Assembly (NCBI GenBank): GCA_002811645.1
Contig: PDIP01000098.1
Coordinates: 108,917-172,916, forward strand
Source: Corallochytrium limacisporum Hawaii
Lineage: Eukaryota; Protista; Pluriformea
Reading direction: 5' to 3'
Length of the DNA stretch: 64,000 nt
This document shows positions 34,907-46,827 of the stretch, piece after piece (within the stretch, counting starts at the first letter, position 1; every line of letters starts with the position of its first letter). Made by a program: the position numbers and the translations under genes. A model generated the notes under the pieces. It saw only the letters and a list, made by a program, of their open reading frames with translations, had not been told where the DNA came from and searched no databases.

Positions 34907-37030
34907 TTAGTCCAATTCGTACAGGAAAGCAGCCTTCGGTCTGTGCTCATCCAGGTCTACAGGTGCCTCGAAGCGTACACCAGAGGAGATCGCAGAACGG
35001 TTGTCTGCATTCGGAGCACCGGTGGCAGGTACTAACCCCTTCCTGGCATCATCCAGGTGTACTTCGATGACCCCAGTGCCCGCATCGGCGGTCTTTACAT
35101 CAACGCCCACAGCCCGGGCCGTGTGATCAGTGTTCCAAGGATCTCCGGAGCTCATGCGTTCGGCAATGGCGAACTTGGCGTTCTCCTCGGTGTCGAACAA
35201 TACGGTCTGCTGCTTGCTGATACTAGGTCCAACTAGCAGTTTCTGCCATTCGCCTGTACCTTTCTTGGGAAAGATAACTACTGCAGAATCCGGAGTGACG
35301 TTGATCGTGGCATTGGCACCGTCAAAGTCGACGCCCCCCGGGACATGCACAACGGCGGCCCACTTGCGGCGCTCTCCATAGACATTGCACAGGCCCCTGA
35401 GCACGGCATTCGGCGACTCACTGTTGACCAGCTCGACGCTGTCCACCTCGATCTCCGCTAGTTTCAACACCAGCGTGGCCGTGGTCTCGTCCTGGAAGAC
35501 CTCGATCGGCGGAAATTCTTCCAGGGAGTCGAGATTAGTCGTAGCTTTAACTACACTTTCCTCTCCCTCCTCCTTCAGGGGGTCTGCCACGACGTCCTTA
35601 TCGACCATGACGTAGTCATCTTTTGGTTCTTCTTCTTCATCTTCCTCTTCCTCTTCAGTAGCTTCCTCTACACTCTTTATCCCGCTTGTATCGTCTACAT
35701 GTGTCGGAATCTCTTCGACAAGCCCAGGTGCTGAATCTGTATGGGTTTGAGCAATGCCCACCTCCTCAACCAATCGCTTCTGAACGACTGGCAAGACAAT
35801 TGACAGCACTGCTGTTGATTTCTCGTACTGTGCCTCAGCCTTCTCCTCGTTGACTGGGTAAGCAAGCTTGAGCTTCAGCATGTACCTTTGCTTGGGATTG
35901 CCGATGTGGGTAACTGTCAGAATCTGGTTGTCCTCGTCGACGTCTACATCCAATCCCCTGGAACTGGTTGTTCCCGGAAGACCAATCTGAACGGTAATCG
36001 AAGATGGCCTCTTAGTGGTACCCGTTCCAGATTCTTTGTGTTCCCAGTAATCCGCATACTCAACATTCTGTCCATATTTGAGAGAATATACGGGTCGCAT
36101 ATAGCCATCCTCGATGGCCAGCTCCCGCTTGGCCAGCGCTTCCGCGCGCGCTGTTTGTTCTTTTTCTACCTCTTGCATTCGACTCGCCAGCTGCATACTT
36201 TGTACCTCATTCCGTAGCGAGCTGAGAACATCCTTGCCTGATGTCGAGTGCTCCAAATCTATGTCCTTGATTGCCTCTATTGATACGTTGGTCTCTTTCC
36301 CTCCCGCGCCTTCCACACCATCCCCCGCACGCCTTTCCATCTCCACTTTTACGGCTTCCTCCTCCAGTTTCTTGCCCATGTTGGCCATCATTGGTGACAT
36401 TTCAAGCGCACGTGCCATGATCCGTGGTGGATCGCCCTTGTATTTCATACGTGGGTACTTGATGTCCTTGGACACGAGTCCACACTCAGGGAAATGGCGA
36501 TTCAGGGTATCAATGCAGGTGTCTACCAGATCCTCTCGCTTGAGCACACCTCCCACCACATTGAGGGTCAGCGGGTTAAACACAACATCGTAGACGCGAC
36601 AGTTATTTCCATCCTTATCTTTGTCTTCACGACCACCTTTTTTGCTTGACTGACTCACCCGGTTCACAATGTTTGGTATGTCCCACACATAGCCCGATTT
36701 GCCCTCCTGTTCCACCTTCCGTGTCACTGGTGGATCGACGTTGGTATGGTGACCAACATTGACAAATACTTTCTCACCATTGGAATTGCGCAGTTTGAAA
36801 ACAAAGCCAGGAGTTGGGGTAATGAACCCCACCGAATTACCAGCTTCAGCCTCGACCTTACAGATTTCTGCCTCCCGCTGTACCCGCACATCAGGATCTT
36901 GCATTTCTTTCACGTATTCAAAGAACATTTTTTTGAACTCATCCTGTTTCATGGAATCATTGAATCGATTCAATTCTTCGGCGGTGATATCCGCCTTGTC
37001 GAGGCCTCCACGGTCGTCAGCACCCGACAT
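34907..37030 (-). CDS. DNAAF2: Kintoun/PF13 axonemal dynein assembly factor (PIH1 + CS domains)
   Basis: EELNRFNDSMKQDEFKKMFFEYVKEMQDP...ITPTPGFVFK, KVFVNV, WDIP, DKDGNNCRVYDVVF, MKYKG, CS domains, C-terminal LYELD. Confidence 0.9.
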   Translation of the reverse strand: MSGADDRGGLDKADITAEELNRFNDSMKQDEFKKMFFEYVKEMQDPDVRVQREAEICKVEAEAGNSVGFITPTPGFVFKLRNSNGEKVFVNVGHHTNVDPPVTRKVEQEGKSGYVWDIPNIVNRVSQSSKKGGREDKDKDGNNCRVYDVVFNPLTLNVVGGVLKREDLVDTCIDTLNRHFPECGLVSKDIKYPRMKYKGDPPRIMARALEMSPMMANMGKKLEEEAVKVEMERRAGDGVEGAGGKETNVSIEAIKDIDLEHSTSGKDVLSSLRNEVQSMQLASRMQEVEKEQTARAEALAKRELAIEDGYMRPVYSLKYGQNVEYADYWEHKESGTGTTKRPSSITVQIGLPGTTSSRGLDVDVDEDNQILTVTHIGNPKQRYMLKLKLAYPVNEEKAEAQYEKSTAVLSIVLPVVQKRLVEEVGIAQTHTDSAPGLVEEIPTHVDDTSGIKSVEEATEEEEEDEEEEPKDDYVMVDKDVVADPLKEEGEESVVKATTNLDSLEEFPPIEVFQDETTATLVLKLAEIEVDSVELVNSESPNAVLRGLCNVYGERRKWAAVVHVPGGVDFDGANATINVTPDSAVVIFPKKGTGEWQKLLVGPSISKQQTVLFDTEENAKFAIAERMSSGDPWNTDHTARAVGVDVKTADAGTGVIEVHLDDARKGLVPATGAPNADNRSAISSGVRFEAPVDLDEHRPKAAFLYELD

Positions 37031-40000
37031 AGCGGTTGGCTTTCCTGATCAACAGGGCAACCACCCGAACCTATGTGAGCCAAAGCTATCCCATACGCAC
37101 GTTGTGTAATAGCAACAATTAGATAGCCTAGGTTTGCCAACCCATTAAATGCCTACAGTTTGCCGTAGGCCATAACAAACCTTGCTCCAGGGACCCGAAA
37201 CGACACTATCGTGTACTCAACAAAGGAAACCAAAAGCGACGAAAACCCACCTGGACCAGGGCACCAAGGGGCCCGTGCTGCGACCGTCGCCCTTTTGAGA
37301 ACCGCCCGCCCCCCCNNNNNNNNNNNNNNNNNNNNNNNNNNNNNNNNNNNNNNNNNNNNNNNNNNNNNNNNNNNNNNNNNNNNNNNNNNNNNNNNNNNNN
37401 NNNNNNNNNNNNNNNNNNNNNNNNNNNNNNNNNNNNNNNNNNNNNNNNNNNNNNNNNNNNNNNNNNNNNNNNNNNNNNNNNNNNNNNNNNNNNNNNNNNN
37501 NNNNNNNNNNNNNNNNNNNNNNNNNNNNNNNNNNNNNNNNNNNNNNNNNNNNNNNNNNNNNNNNNNNNNNNNNNNNNNNNNNNNNNNNNNNNNNNNNNNN
37601 NNNNNNNNNNNNNNNNNNNCCTGCTGAATGCCGGCAGCCACAAAAGTGAGAAACTGGCCCCCGGCCCCCCCCGGGGGAGAGCGGAGCAGGAGGGGCCCGG
37701 GCTTCGTCTGCTCCTGCACTCTCAACCAACGACCTCTCCAACACCCTCCCCCGCCTATCACCAGGGCAGCATTGGCGAAGGGGCAAAAGGGAGGAAACAA
37801 GGGAAGTGGGGAGGTTAGGTAGAAAGTCATTTTTCTAATGTAAAATAGGCCCCCATTTAAACTGAACCCCTGCGTATATGACTTAAGGCATAGACGGATG
37901 GGGGCCTAATTTTATCCCGAGGGCGAGGTCTCCACCTTTCGTCCTGACGGGCATGATGGAAAGGGAAGGCAAGAATGCAACAAAGGGGAGCTAGGCCGGG
38001 ACCGGCGACAGGATGGATGTCTCTTCAGCATCATCCGGGAGGGCTCAGTTTAGCTTTCTGCGTGTTTTCGAACCCATCCGCTGCTTTGAAGATGAACGGT
38101 CCAAGAGATAGTTGGAGATGCGAAGGATACATGAGACGCACCACCGGAAGAGTGGGGCATATTATGCACTGGTCACATGCTGAGCACGTTGAGAGCAATC
38201 TGCCACCTGCAATGGTTCTTGGTATAGGAGGCTCTCCAATTAGAAGGGTACATGCCATGTTTGGAATGGAACCATGCGATGATGCCGTCCCCTTCTCTCC
38301 CTAGGCCTATCTTTCTAAGACGTTCCAAGAGCAAGCGTATGATAAAACACACACACCCAGGTGTCTTTGCCCCGGATCGCCCACTTGCTTGTGTTGATTG
38401 GCACAAGGTGAGATCAGAAGAAAGTAGCAGACAAGCAACAAGGTCAAATGATCCGAAGGAGCTCTCAATTCACCGCAGGCATACTTTGGGGAGGATAGGT
38501 CTCGCGCTTGCCTCCAGTGAGCATCCGGTTTATTCGTACAAAGTAATGGACGGGGATGGACTGCTGACGTTGACAATTGGTACGACAACCATACCCGCAG
38601 CATCTATGGACCATGCTACAAGTACCAACTTCACCAAGGCATACACAAATACTACAGCACATACAGCCTTCTCTTGGACGGGGTGTGTGCAACCGGACCG
38701 GTTGATGATGGAATGGCAATTGGAGAAAATGATATGGATATATGAATGAATAGGATGTGCACGGCAGCGATGGAGATTGATGAATTGGAATCTTTGTAGA
38801 ATTTATCAATTACTATGCTTCCGACTGCCCCTTCGCTCTTGTTTTGATCGTGGTTAAACTCAGAGAACTCCCATGTGTACCTGTTGGGCTGTTGCACACC
38901 TTCCTTTCGGCGGCAAACGAAGCGGGATGGTTGCTGAGTTCGTTCGGCTGGCACCATCGGGCCGCACAGCGCCCCCACCAATTCATCTTTTCCATGTAAA
39001 CCTGATGCGCTGATACTCGTACCTCACAATGATCTTCAATTTGCCTGTTGACCACTTAATAATCTTCACAATACTCAGAGCTTGAGAGCCCAAGGGATGC
39101 CAGCCACGCAGAGCCGGTAAGAAGTGGAGCATGGAGAGGATAACGGTCCAAGCCTATTCATAACTCAAGACTTGCTCCATTTGGTTCGAATCAGCCATGC
39201 GCTTCGCGGTAATCACTGCAGCCATCAACGGCGGGTACCCACTTTTCTGGCCAACGGGGGGTCAGGAATCACTTCGAGTGGATACCAATACTTCACCCAC
39301 CCTTGCCCAAACCCCTTAAGCTACGCGGACCCACAAGGTCCATGTGCCAGCTCATGGAGGCGACTGACTTTGTCGCTGCTTCTCTTGTNNNNNNNNNNNN
39401 NNNNNNNNNNNNNNNNNNNNNNNNNNNNNNNNNNNNNNNNNNNNNNNNNNNNNNNNNNNNNNNNNNNNNNNNNNNNNNNNNNNNNNNNNNNNNNNNNNNN
39501 NNNNNNNNNNNNNNNNNNNNNNNNNNNNNNNNNNNNNNNNNNNNNNNNNNNNNNNNNNNNNNNNNNNNNNNNNNNNNNNNNNNNNNNNNNNNNNNNNNNN
39601 NNNNNNNNNNNNNNNNNNNNNNNNNNNNNNNNNNNNNNNNNNNNNNNNNNNNNNNNNNNNNNNNNNNNNNNNNNNNNNNNNNNNNNNNNNNNNNNNNNNN
39701 NNNNNNNNNNNNNNNNNNNNNNNNNNNNNNNNNNNNNNNNNNNNNNNGTTCACTGATCGTGCTAGGTTCTCCGTCACCCTGTCTCCCTATGCCGTCTCAG
39801 TCACCGCTTTTCGCGCTTGTTCGTCGTTGGCGGACCATTTTCACGCACTGCTGACTCTCCGCCTGTGCCGGCGGAACCATCTGCACCTGTTGTGTCCCCA
39901 ATGATGTCGCCTTGATTCTTGGACTATCCCTAGGTGTGTACTAGAGGCCACGTCTTCCTCGGTCCCGCATTGACGCAAAAAGTGTCCCCCTGTTGTCTGG

Positions 40001-43000
40001 CTTTATTCCTTGCCAGAGAAGCTCTAGACTGAACGTCCGCAATTTACAACAGTCACTGGACGGGTAGGGTGTGCTGACGAGCGTGCAGCGAGCAGTGCTG
40101 ACAAACGTGTTCGGCGGCTGGGTACTGCGGCTGACACTGCTGATGTGACGCTTGCAAGCAACAAGCATGAAATTAAATTGCTCGTTTTTACGATGGTATC
40201 ATTCCCTCCTGCGTGCGTCGCAAAATAAACAACGCACGGCGGCAACCCCCTTCCGGGGGCGCAGATTACCGCTCTGACTTCCTTGGTCATCAACCCGCGC
40301 ATTGCGCACTCCGTACCAATTCCCCTACCAGCGGGAAGAACGGTCCCAAGTGGGTACCCAGAGCGAACACCCAAAAAAATTAATTCTTCTCTGTGTTTTT
40401 TTTCTTGCTCTCAATTATCTTTTCCTGCAACCACAGCACGGGCGGGTTGCCGCCGTTTCCGAAGGCTGCAACTGCGCAGAAACCGACGCGGAAAAAGGTG
40501 GGGAGGAAGGGGGTGGAGGAGAAAAATTTGACGGGAGACAGGCTAGCAAGCAAGGAGCAGCGAGGAGCAGCGGGTGCAGACATCATCATTTGTCGGTTGC
40601 TAATCCGCGTACCACGGCACGGTGCGCTGCGCCCAATTCAAATCACCATGATCATTAGCATTTTTCATCGCCTATAACATGCATCAGGAGCAAGAAAAAC
40701 GTAACTGCAGGAGTGTACTCGGTGTTTGCGGGGGCGACCGTTGCTCAGACTGAGGTAGCATTCGAATGAGTGTGTGGGTTGGAGCGGAGCAGAAAAGTCA
40801 TGAAGACGGTGGATGAGCCATCCATTTCCCAGAACTGCATGCAAGAAAGTTAGATTTAGGATACTCTATTTGCACACACTCTCGAAGCAAAGTCGGGATA
40901 TGGCCACATCGCCAATGAGATCTGTTCGGGCTCCCCCGCCGCCTCCACAAGGCCCCGGGATTCGTTGTGGGTTTCATGCTAGGGGACCTGTGCCTGTGTG
41001 TGAAGAATGGCACCAGTCGCGCTAACGAGCACGACAAACGCACGTCTTTGCTCGCATTTCTTTCGCGACAGAGGTGGGCCAAGGTCAGGTACGCCTGGCA
41101 TACAATGAACGGACCAGAACTGGGTCCATTATGCAGCTTACGTTGTATAGAGAGAGCTGGGGTTTGTGCCATGTCGAGCATACCGAGACGTCTACGGCTC
41201 TTGCGTCTGTCCGATCAGAGCTCCGTACGAACCCATTTCAACAGAACGACAGAGCTGGGACCTTGCGGGTGGAACTGGTTATGGAAATGGAAGCTCAGAC
41301 TATGTTAGGGGGGGGGNNNNNNNNNNNNNNNNNNNNNNNNNNNNNNNNNNNNNNNNNNNNNNNNGGGGGGGGGGGGGGTCGTTGGTGGTCAACAGCCAAC
41401 ACACCTCGAGGCTGCCCCTGCGCCTGCCGTACATTTTATACATCCCCGCAACGCAAACCGCCAACACCTGCGGCTAGAGAACAGGAAGTACTCGCAATCT
41501 CTTTCCTGTTGATACTTTCAGCCCCTTTTATGAAAAAACCCCTGTTTTTTTTTTAGAACTTTGTCCTCGTGTACTTTGTATATTTGTATTTTTTGTGGAT
41601 CCCCGAAAATTAATTCCGAAACGACAGTCAAAGGTCAAAGTGCAATATAATCAAGAAAGGGTCCGTCCCGGAAGGGTCAAACGCCTCGGTGTTTTTATCA
41701 CTGTGGGTTCCAGGAATTTTAAATTATTGTTTCTTTTTCCATCTGTCACCGTTGTGGTAGCCACTCCCCTCGGCCTCTCCCTCCCCCTTATGGTCACTCT
41801 GGAAATATTCCCGAATTTTCTCTGCCGCTCTCTCCCAGCCTCGCAATTCTCCCCAAAACCTCCCATTTTTGTTTTTCTTTTCTTTAATATTTTGGTTGAC
41901 TGACGATCATCGGGCCGGCCGCGTGTTCACCAGTTTTGTCTGTGTAGCACACCGTGTCAAGATCGCCGTGTTTTTTTTTTTGTTTTTGCTCTTTAATTTT
42001 CCCTTGGATTCCCGGTAGTGGGTACCCTTCCGAGCGATTCAAGTGTAAGTTCGATGCGACCAACTTCCTCCTCCGGGGCACCCCGGGGCGTTGGAGGAAG
42101 GAAAAGGGGGAGACACTGTTTCACTGGAATTCGCCCTGGGGAACTGGGAAGGGGAACCAACCAAAGGTTAGCAATCACCGGAGAGCAGCGAGGTGAGGCA
42201 CAAGAGAAAACGAAGGGACAGAGGGAGGGAGGGACAGCAGCCCAGACAAGTGGTGAAGTCAGAGAGCAGGAAGGAGGACGCGCGGGGGAGGAGGAAGGAA
42301 AGGAAGGAGGGGGGGGGGGNNNNNNNNNNNNNNNNNNNNNNNNNNNNNNNNNNNNNNNNNNNNNNNNNNNNNNNNNNNNNNNNNNNNNNNNNNNNNNNNN
42401 NNNNNNNNNNNNNNNNNNNNNNNNNNNNNNNNNNNNNNNNNNNNNNNNNNNNNNNNNNNNNNNNNNNNNNNNNNNNNNNNNNNNNGGGGGGGACAAAAGA
42501 AACTGAAAGGTCTTTGCGCATCGGGCGGTTTTTCCACTGAACGACTCATAGCTCTCATAGCGACAAGAAGACCAACAACACAAGAATGTCTGTTTCGGGG
42601 AGAAAACGCGCGGCAGCGAAGGGCGCGTGTTGTGTGTTTCATTTTTGTTTTTTTTTTCGTTTCTTTTTTTTTTTCGTTTCTATTTTTTTTCAGGGAAGAG
42701 TTGGTGTAGTGTGGTGCTGTGATGATGATGGGGTCGGATCCGCCAAGTCGTTAGACGCCACGAAACACCTTTCTTGCAACGGTCATCGAAATTTCCATTT
42801 TTAGGACGATCCCGTCTTATTTCGTTGCGTTCTTACGATGCCTCCGCTCCTTGGCGGCCTGTCTCAATTTTGCGGTACTAATTGTACGGCTCTTGGAGAC
42901 GTGAGGGCACGGTAGCATTTTTTTTTGGTTTTGCGGAGACCGCGAACTGCCTAACCGGCGATTCGACGACGTTTGGTGAGGAACACATTTGGCTCTAGGG

Positions 43001-44046
43001 CTTGGTCACTGTCCGCACACCGAAGTCTGGAATTAATTGTGCCCATTCAAGTACTAAATGTACTGTTTTCATGGCGTAATATTTGCGTCCGCTGTGCTCA
43101 CCGACGTCAGCCCCGTTAAAAAAAGAAAAGGAAAATTTCTCTCGGGGAAGAATTCCAAAAAGCCAAGGGCTACTTTGCTTGTGCGCACCTTTCTTTTTTC
43201 CCTTTTCTTTTTTCTTGCGGTATGAAAAGACATTAAGAATGGGCGGAGAGTAGCCCCGGCAAGAGAATCTCGAGGAACGCATCACGAACGCAATACTTGA
43301 TATACTGCGCAGTCAGGGCCACTCCAGGGGTGGCCGTGACACACGAGGGAACCGAGGGACGTACCTCTGAACGCACTCGTTTCCTGGGGTTCGCGTGTTT
43401 CAAAAAAGGGAATCGACATGAAGAAAGGCCGCGAATGGAAGAATGCCCCTGGCGGCCGCACCGTTGTAAGCTCACAAAAGTCGAACCACCACAAGGCATT
43501 TGCTATCTATTCTAAAACGGAACCACCCACGAAGCATCAAATGAATACACAGGTTCCACTCCCCCCGTCGCGCGAAGGGGGGCAACAAGATCGAACCCCC
43601 CAATATTCGTTGGTGTGCCGCTTGCGTTTTCTCTTCTGCATAGTATCCAAACACCAGTGGCTCGATACCGACGGATGATGGTGTTTGGATGGCATCGGTG
43701 GCAAAGGTGTTTTAACTGCTGAAGAACCGTTCCCTTTTTCGCCTCCGAGGGGTTTTTACAGAGAAGATGGAATGTGGAGAGATTTGAGAACTGGAATGGA
43801 AGGCACCGGGGCCCGTGGGGGGAGGTGGGAGAGATTGTGGTCAAGTGTAACAGGGCAAAGAGTGCGATTAGTGCTCAGGTGGGCGCCACCTTCTAGCGTA
43901 GGGGGTATCCCCGTCTAGAGTACACAAGAGGGGGTCATCCTCCATCTACACATCAACATCATCTTATGTGCATATATAGCGTATCAAAAGAGCGTACCAG
44001 TGTTGTACCATGGACCGTGCTCGTGGGCCAGGAGGTTGGGCTGCAG

Positions 44047-44078
<32 letters not shown>

Positions 44079-44084
44079 GTGTGT
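44047..44084. repeat. (GT)n microsatellite (a second (GT)13 lies at 44561-44586)
   Basis: Visible directly. Confidence 0.9.
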
Positions 44085-46491
44085 TTTCTGTGATGTGGTG
44101 CAGATTCAGTTGATACACTGGAACCAGTTCGGTCGAGACTAAGAGAGATCAGCGATCATCTCTCAGGGAAGGGGCCTCCCGGGGGGTTGCAGTGGGGTTG
44201 TACTTTTGTATTTTTGGCATCACTGCTAATCATTACTGTTCCCTGTGCTCCATACTGACTGACCCGTCCTGATTGGGTTATTTCTTGTGGGGTACACCGT
44301 ACTGACGCGCTTATCTCCCTATCTCTGATTTCCCCTCTTTTCATAGTTTTTAAGTCGGTAGTTAATAAAGGAAAACTATCGGGGTCTTACGTGTGAGCTG
44401 GTGGTGGTGTGGAGAGAAAGAAGACGATGAGGAGGGGAGGGGGGAGTGGGGGGTTTTGTGTTGTGGGGAGGGAGAACCGGTTTAGGATGCTTGACCCTAC
44501 CTTTCTTGTATTGCTCTTTCTTACATCCCGCGGTGGGTGGGGTGAGGGAGCAGGAGGGATGTGTGTGTGTGTGTGTGTGTGTGTGTCACCCCTGAAACGG
44601 TGAAACACTATTTAAGCAACAGAAAAAGTCAGTGAACACGAGGTAACCTTCGTACAACACACGAACAGACCAAAGTTGTTACCTACCATATGAGAACAAC
44701 AAGCAAGCAAGGTAGCAATGAATAGGTAAGATTTCGCGTCGCCTAAAGTTCCTTTGGTTCCATTTGTTGCGGTCCCGCCAGGACGACCAGTGTGAGCAGC
44801 ACAGAAAAAAAAAGAAGGAGATGAATATACTAGTAATGTATAGAATAGAAAAGGACACACGGACAGGGTGTGCGTAAGAGGAGAAGAGAGAGGGCAGGGA
44901 AGAAAAAATTTCTCCCGTAGTGTCCTCCTCCTCCTGGTGTGCAAAGACTATGTTCCTGACTTACAAGACTAAGAAAAAATTTCCCCGTGACAGGAACCGC
45001 TGCAGATATTGAGTACATTTATTATAGATTCTGTCATTCTAGTCGGGAGGGCTTAATGAGGAGGAGGACGAGGCATTCCAACACTGTCTCACCGTCCAAA
45101 CGGCCGTATGACATTTCAGGATGACTAGGAAAGAATAGCGAAGGAAAGTGTATCACAATTCTCTTAACAAATGTTGTCACCATTTCACTACTGAAAATCA
45201 TAATGTGCTCACATCGAGAACAGTAGAAAAGGGACTCGGAAATTCTAAAGCGACAACAAACACCGGGCGGGTGAGCGGGAGGAGAGGAAGAGGGCGAGAG
45301 AGAAAGAGAGAGAGAGAGAGAGGACAAACGCTGCCGCAAGGGGCCCAGGGGGAAATTGACACAGAAAAGCCCTGCACAAGCAACAGGCCACGTTCTCTGA
45401 ATCAACAGGGTGTGTTTGTTTTTATGTCATTACGTCCTTGATGCGCTCCACGGTAGGTTTTGCTTGTCAGACCAGGTGGAGAGGTTTGTGGTATATGGGA
45501 GTGTTGGGACCGGATCCCTTTGTGTACCGAACGAACCCACCCCTTCCCCCGGCAGGGGATGTTTCATTCGTAGTTTGCTGCTTTGCTTCGCGGTGCGGCG
45601 TGTCGCATGCTTTCTATTTACATTGTGTTTGCGTTCCCTTTTTTTTTGCTTCCATCTTCCACTTCACTTTAATTGCCTTTGATGGCGACGAGCAGTGGTG
45701 GTGCAGAGGAGGGGAGGGGGGGGGAGGAGCTTGCGAGGTGTAAACATGGACTGGCGTTTGCACCTCGTACTTGCAACTCTCCTATCGCATACGAGGTTTC
45801 AAGCCCGTGTTGAACCAGTGCAACATCGGACGCGTACTCGGAACGAGGGTTTGCTGTGTTTTCATTCTGCCGCAGAGCGGAAAAGGAGAGGGGAGGGGGG
45901 GGGNNNNNNNNNNNNNNNNNNNNNNNNNNNNNNNNNNNNNNNNNNNNNNNNNNNNNNNNNNNNNNNNNNNNNNNNNNNNNNNNNNNNNNNNNNNNNNNNN
46001 NNNNNNNNNNNNNNNNNNNNNNNNNNNNNNNNNNNNNNNNNNNNNNNNNNNNNNNNNNNNNNNNNNNNNNNNNNNNNNNNNNNNNNNNNNNNNNNNNNNN
46101 NNNNNNNNNNNNNNNNNNNNNNNNNNNNNNNNNNNNNNNNNNNNNNNNNNNNNNNNNNNNNNNNNNNNNNNNNNNNNNNNNNNNNNNNNNNNNNNNNNNN
46201 NNNNNNNNNNNNNNNNNNNNNNNNNNNNNNNNNNNNNNNNNNNNNAGGGAAGGAGGGGGGGGGGGGAGGGAGGGGGAGGAGGGATGGGGGAGGGGCCAGT
46301 AGGCAAAAAAAAAAAGAAAGGAAATAGTAAAGGGAGCGGGAAAGAGGAAACGGGAGAGAGAGAGAGAGACAGGCCTAACCGACAGAGGGGAAGTTGCGGG
46401 TGTCCGTACTGTCTCTCGGCCCTCCTACTCCTTTGCCTTTCTGCTTTGTACTTTCCTCTTCTGACTTTTCCCTTCAACGTGCAGGGTTGGG

Positions 46492-46499
46492 TATAAAAG
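46492..46499 (+). promoter_or_regulatory. Canonical TATA box TATAAAAG of the microprotein gene
   Basis: Consensus TATAWAWR, preceded by a pyrimidine tract and followed about 30 bp later by an A-rich, ATG-free leader running to ATG 46630. Confidence 0.7.
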
Positions 46500-46629
46500 G
46501 GCAAAATCTGTACACGTTACCACACTCATAGACGAAGAAGGAACTTCTTAATCCTTTAAGAACAAGTACCGCGACAAGTAAAGAGACACACAAGAGAGAC
46601 ACATACGAGAGACAAGAGAAAAGGAAACC

Positions 46630-46827
46630 ATGAACAATCAGAACCAGCCTCGTGAGACCGTCCTGGGTACCCTCAGGCGCACGATCAGCGATGCCTTTAC
46701 TGCTCCTCGCCCCATTGACATTGAGCCCCGCAAGCGCACCCTGAGCACTGATTCTTCCATTGTCGGCAGCTTCGAGGGCCCCTCCGGTTTCGATCGCTTT
46801 GCCTATAGCGACTTCGGTGCTGACTAA
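46630..46827 (+). CDS. 65-aa microprotein of unknown function
   Basis: aaaccATG context, upstream TATA box, none of 65 sense codons ends in A, TAA stop, AU-rich downstream region. Confidence 0.8.
   Translation: MNNQNQPRETVLGTLRRTISDAFTAPRPIDIEPRKRTLSTDSSIVGSFEGPSGFDRFAYSDFGAD

Noticed and set aside
37101-37116. GTTGTGTAATAGCAAC, a possible RFX X-box upstream of Kintoun
   Set aside because: Only one half-site (ATAGCAAC) fits, and the spacing and other half deviate. Too weak without a PWM scan.
39183-39192. GGTTCGAATC, a tRNA T-loop/B-box-like sequence
   Set aside because: The flanks do not form a T-stem or cloverleaf. I found no tRNA, rRNA or snRNA by eye in the window.
44609-44725. TATTTAAG followed by an A-rich leader and an 11-codon ORF (MRTTSKQGSNE)
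   Set aside because: Too short, with no codon bias (several A-ending codons), so it cannot be supported.
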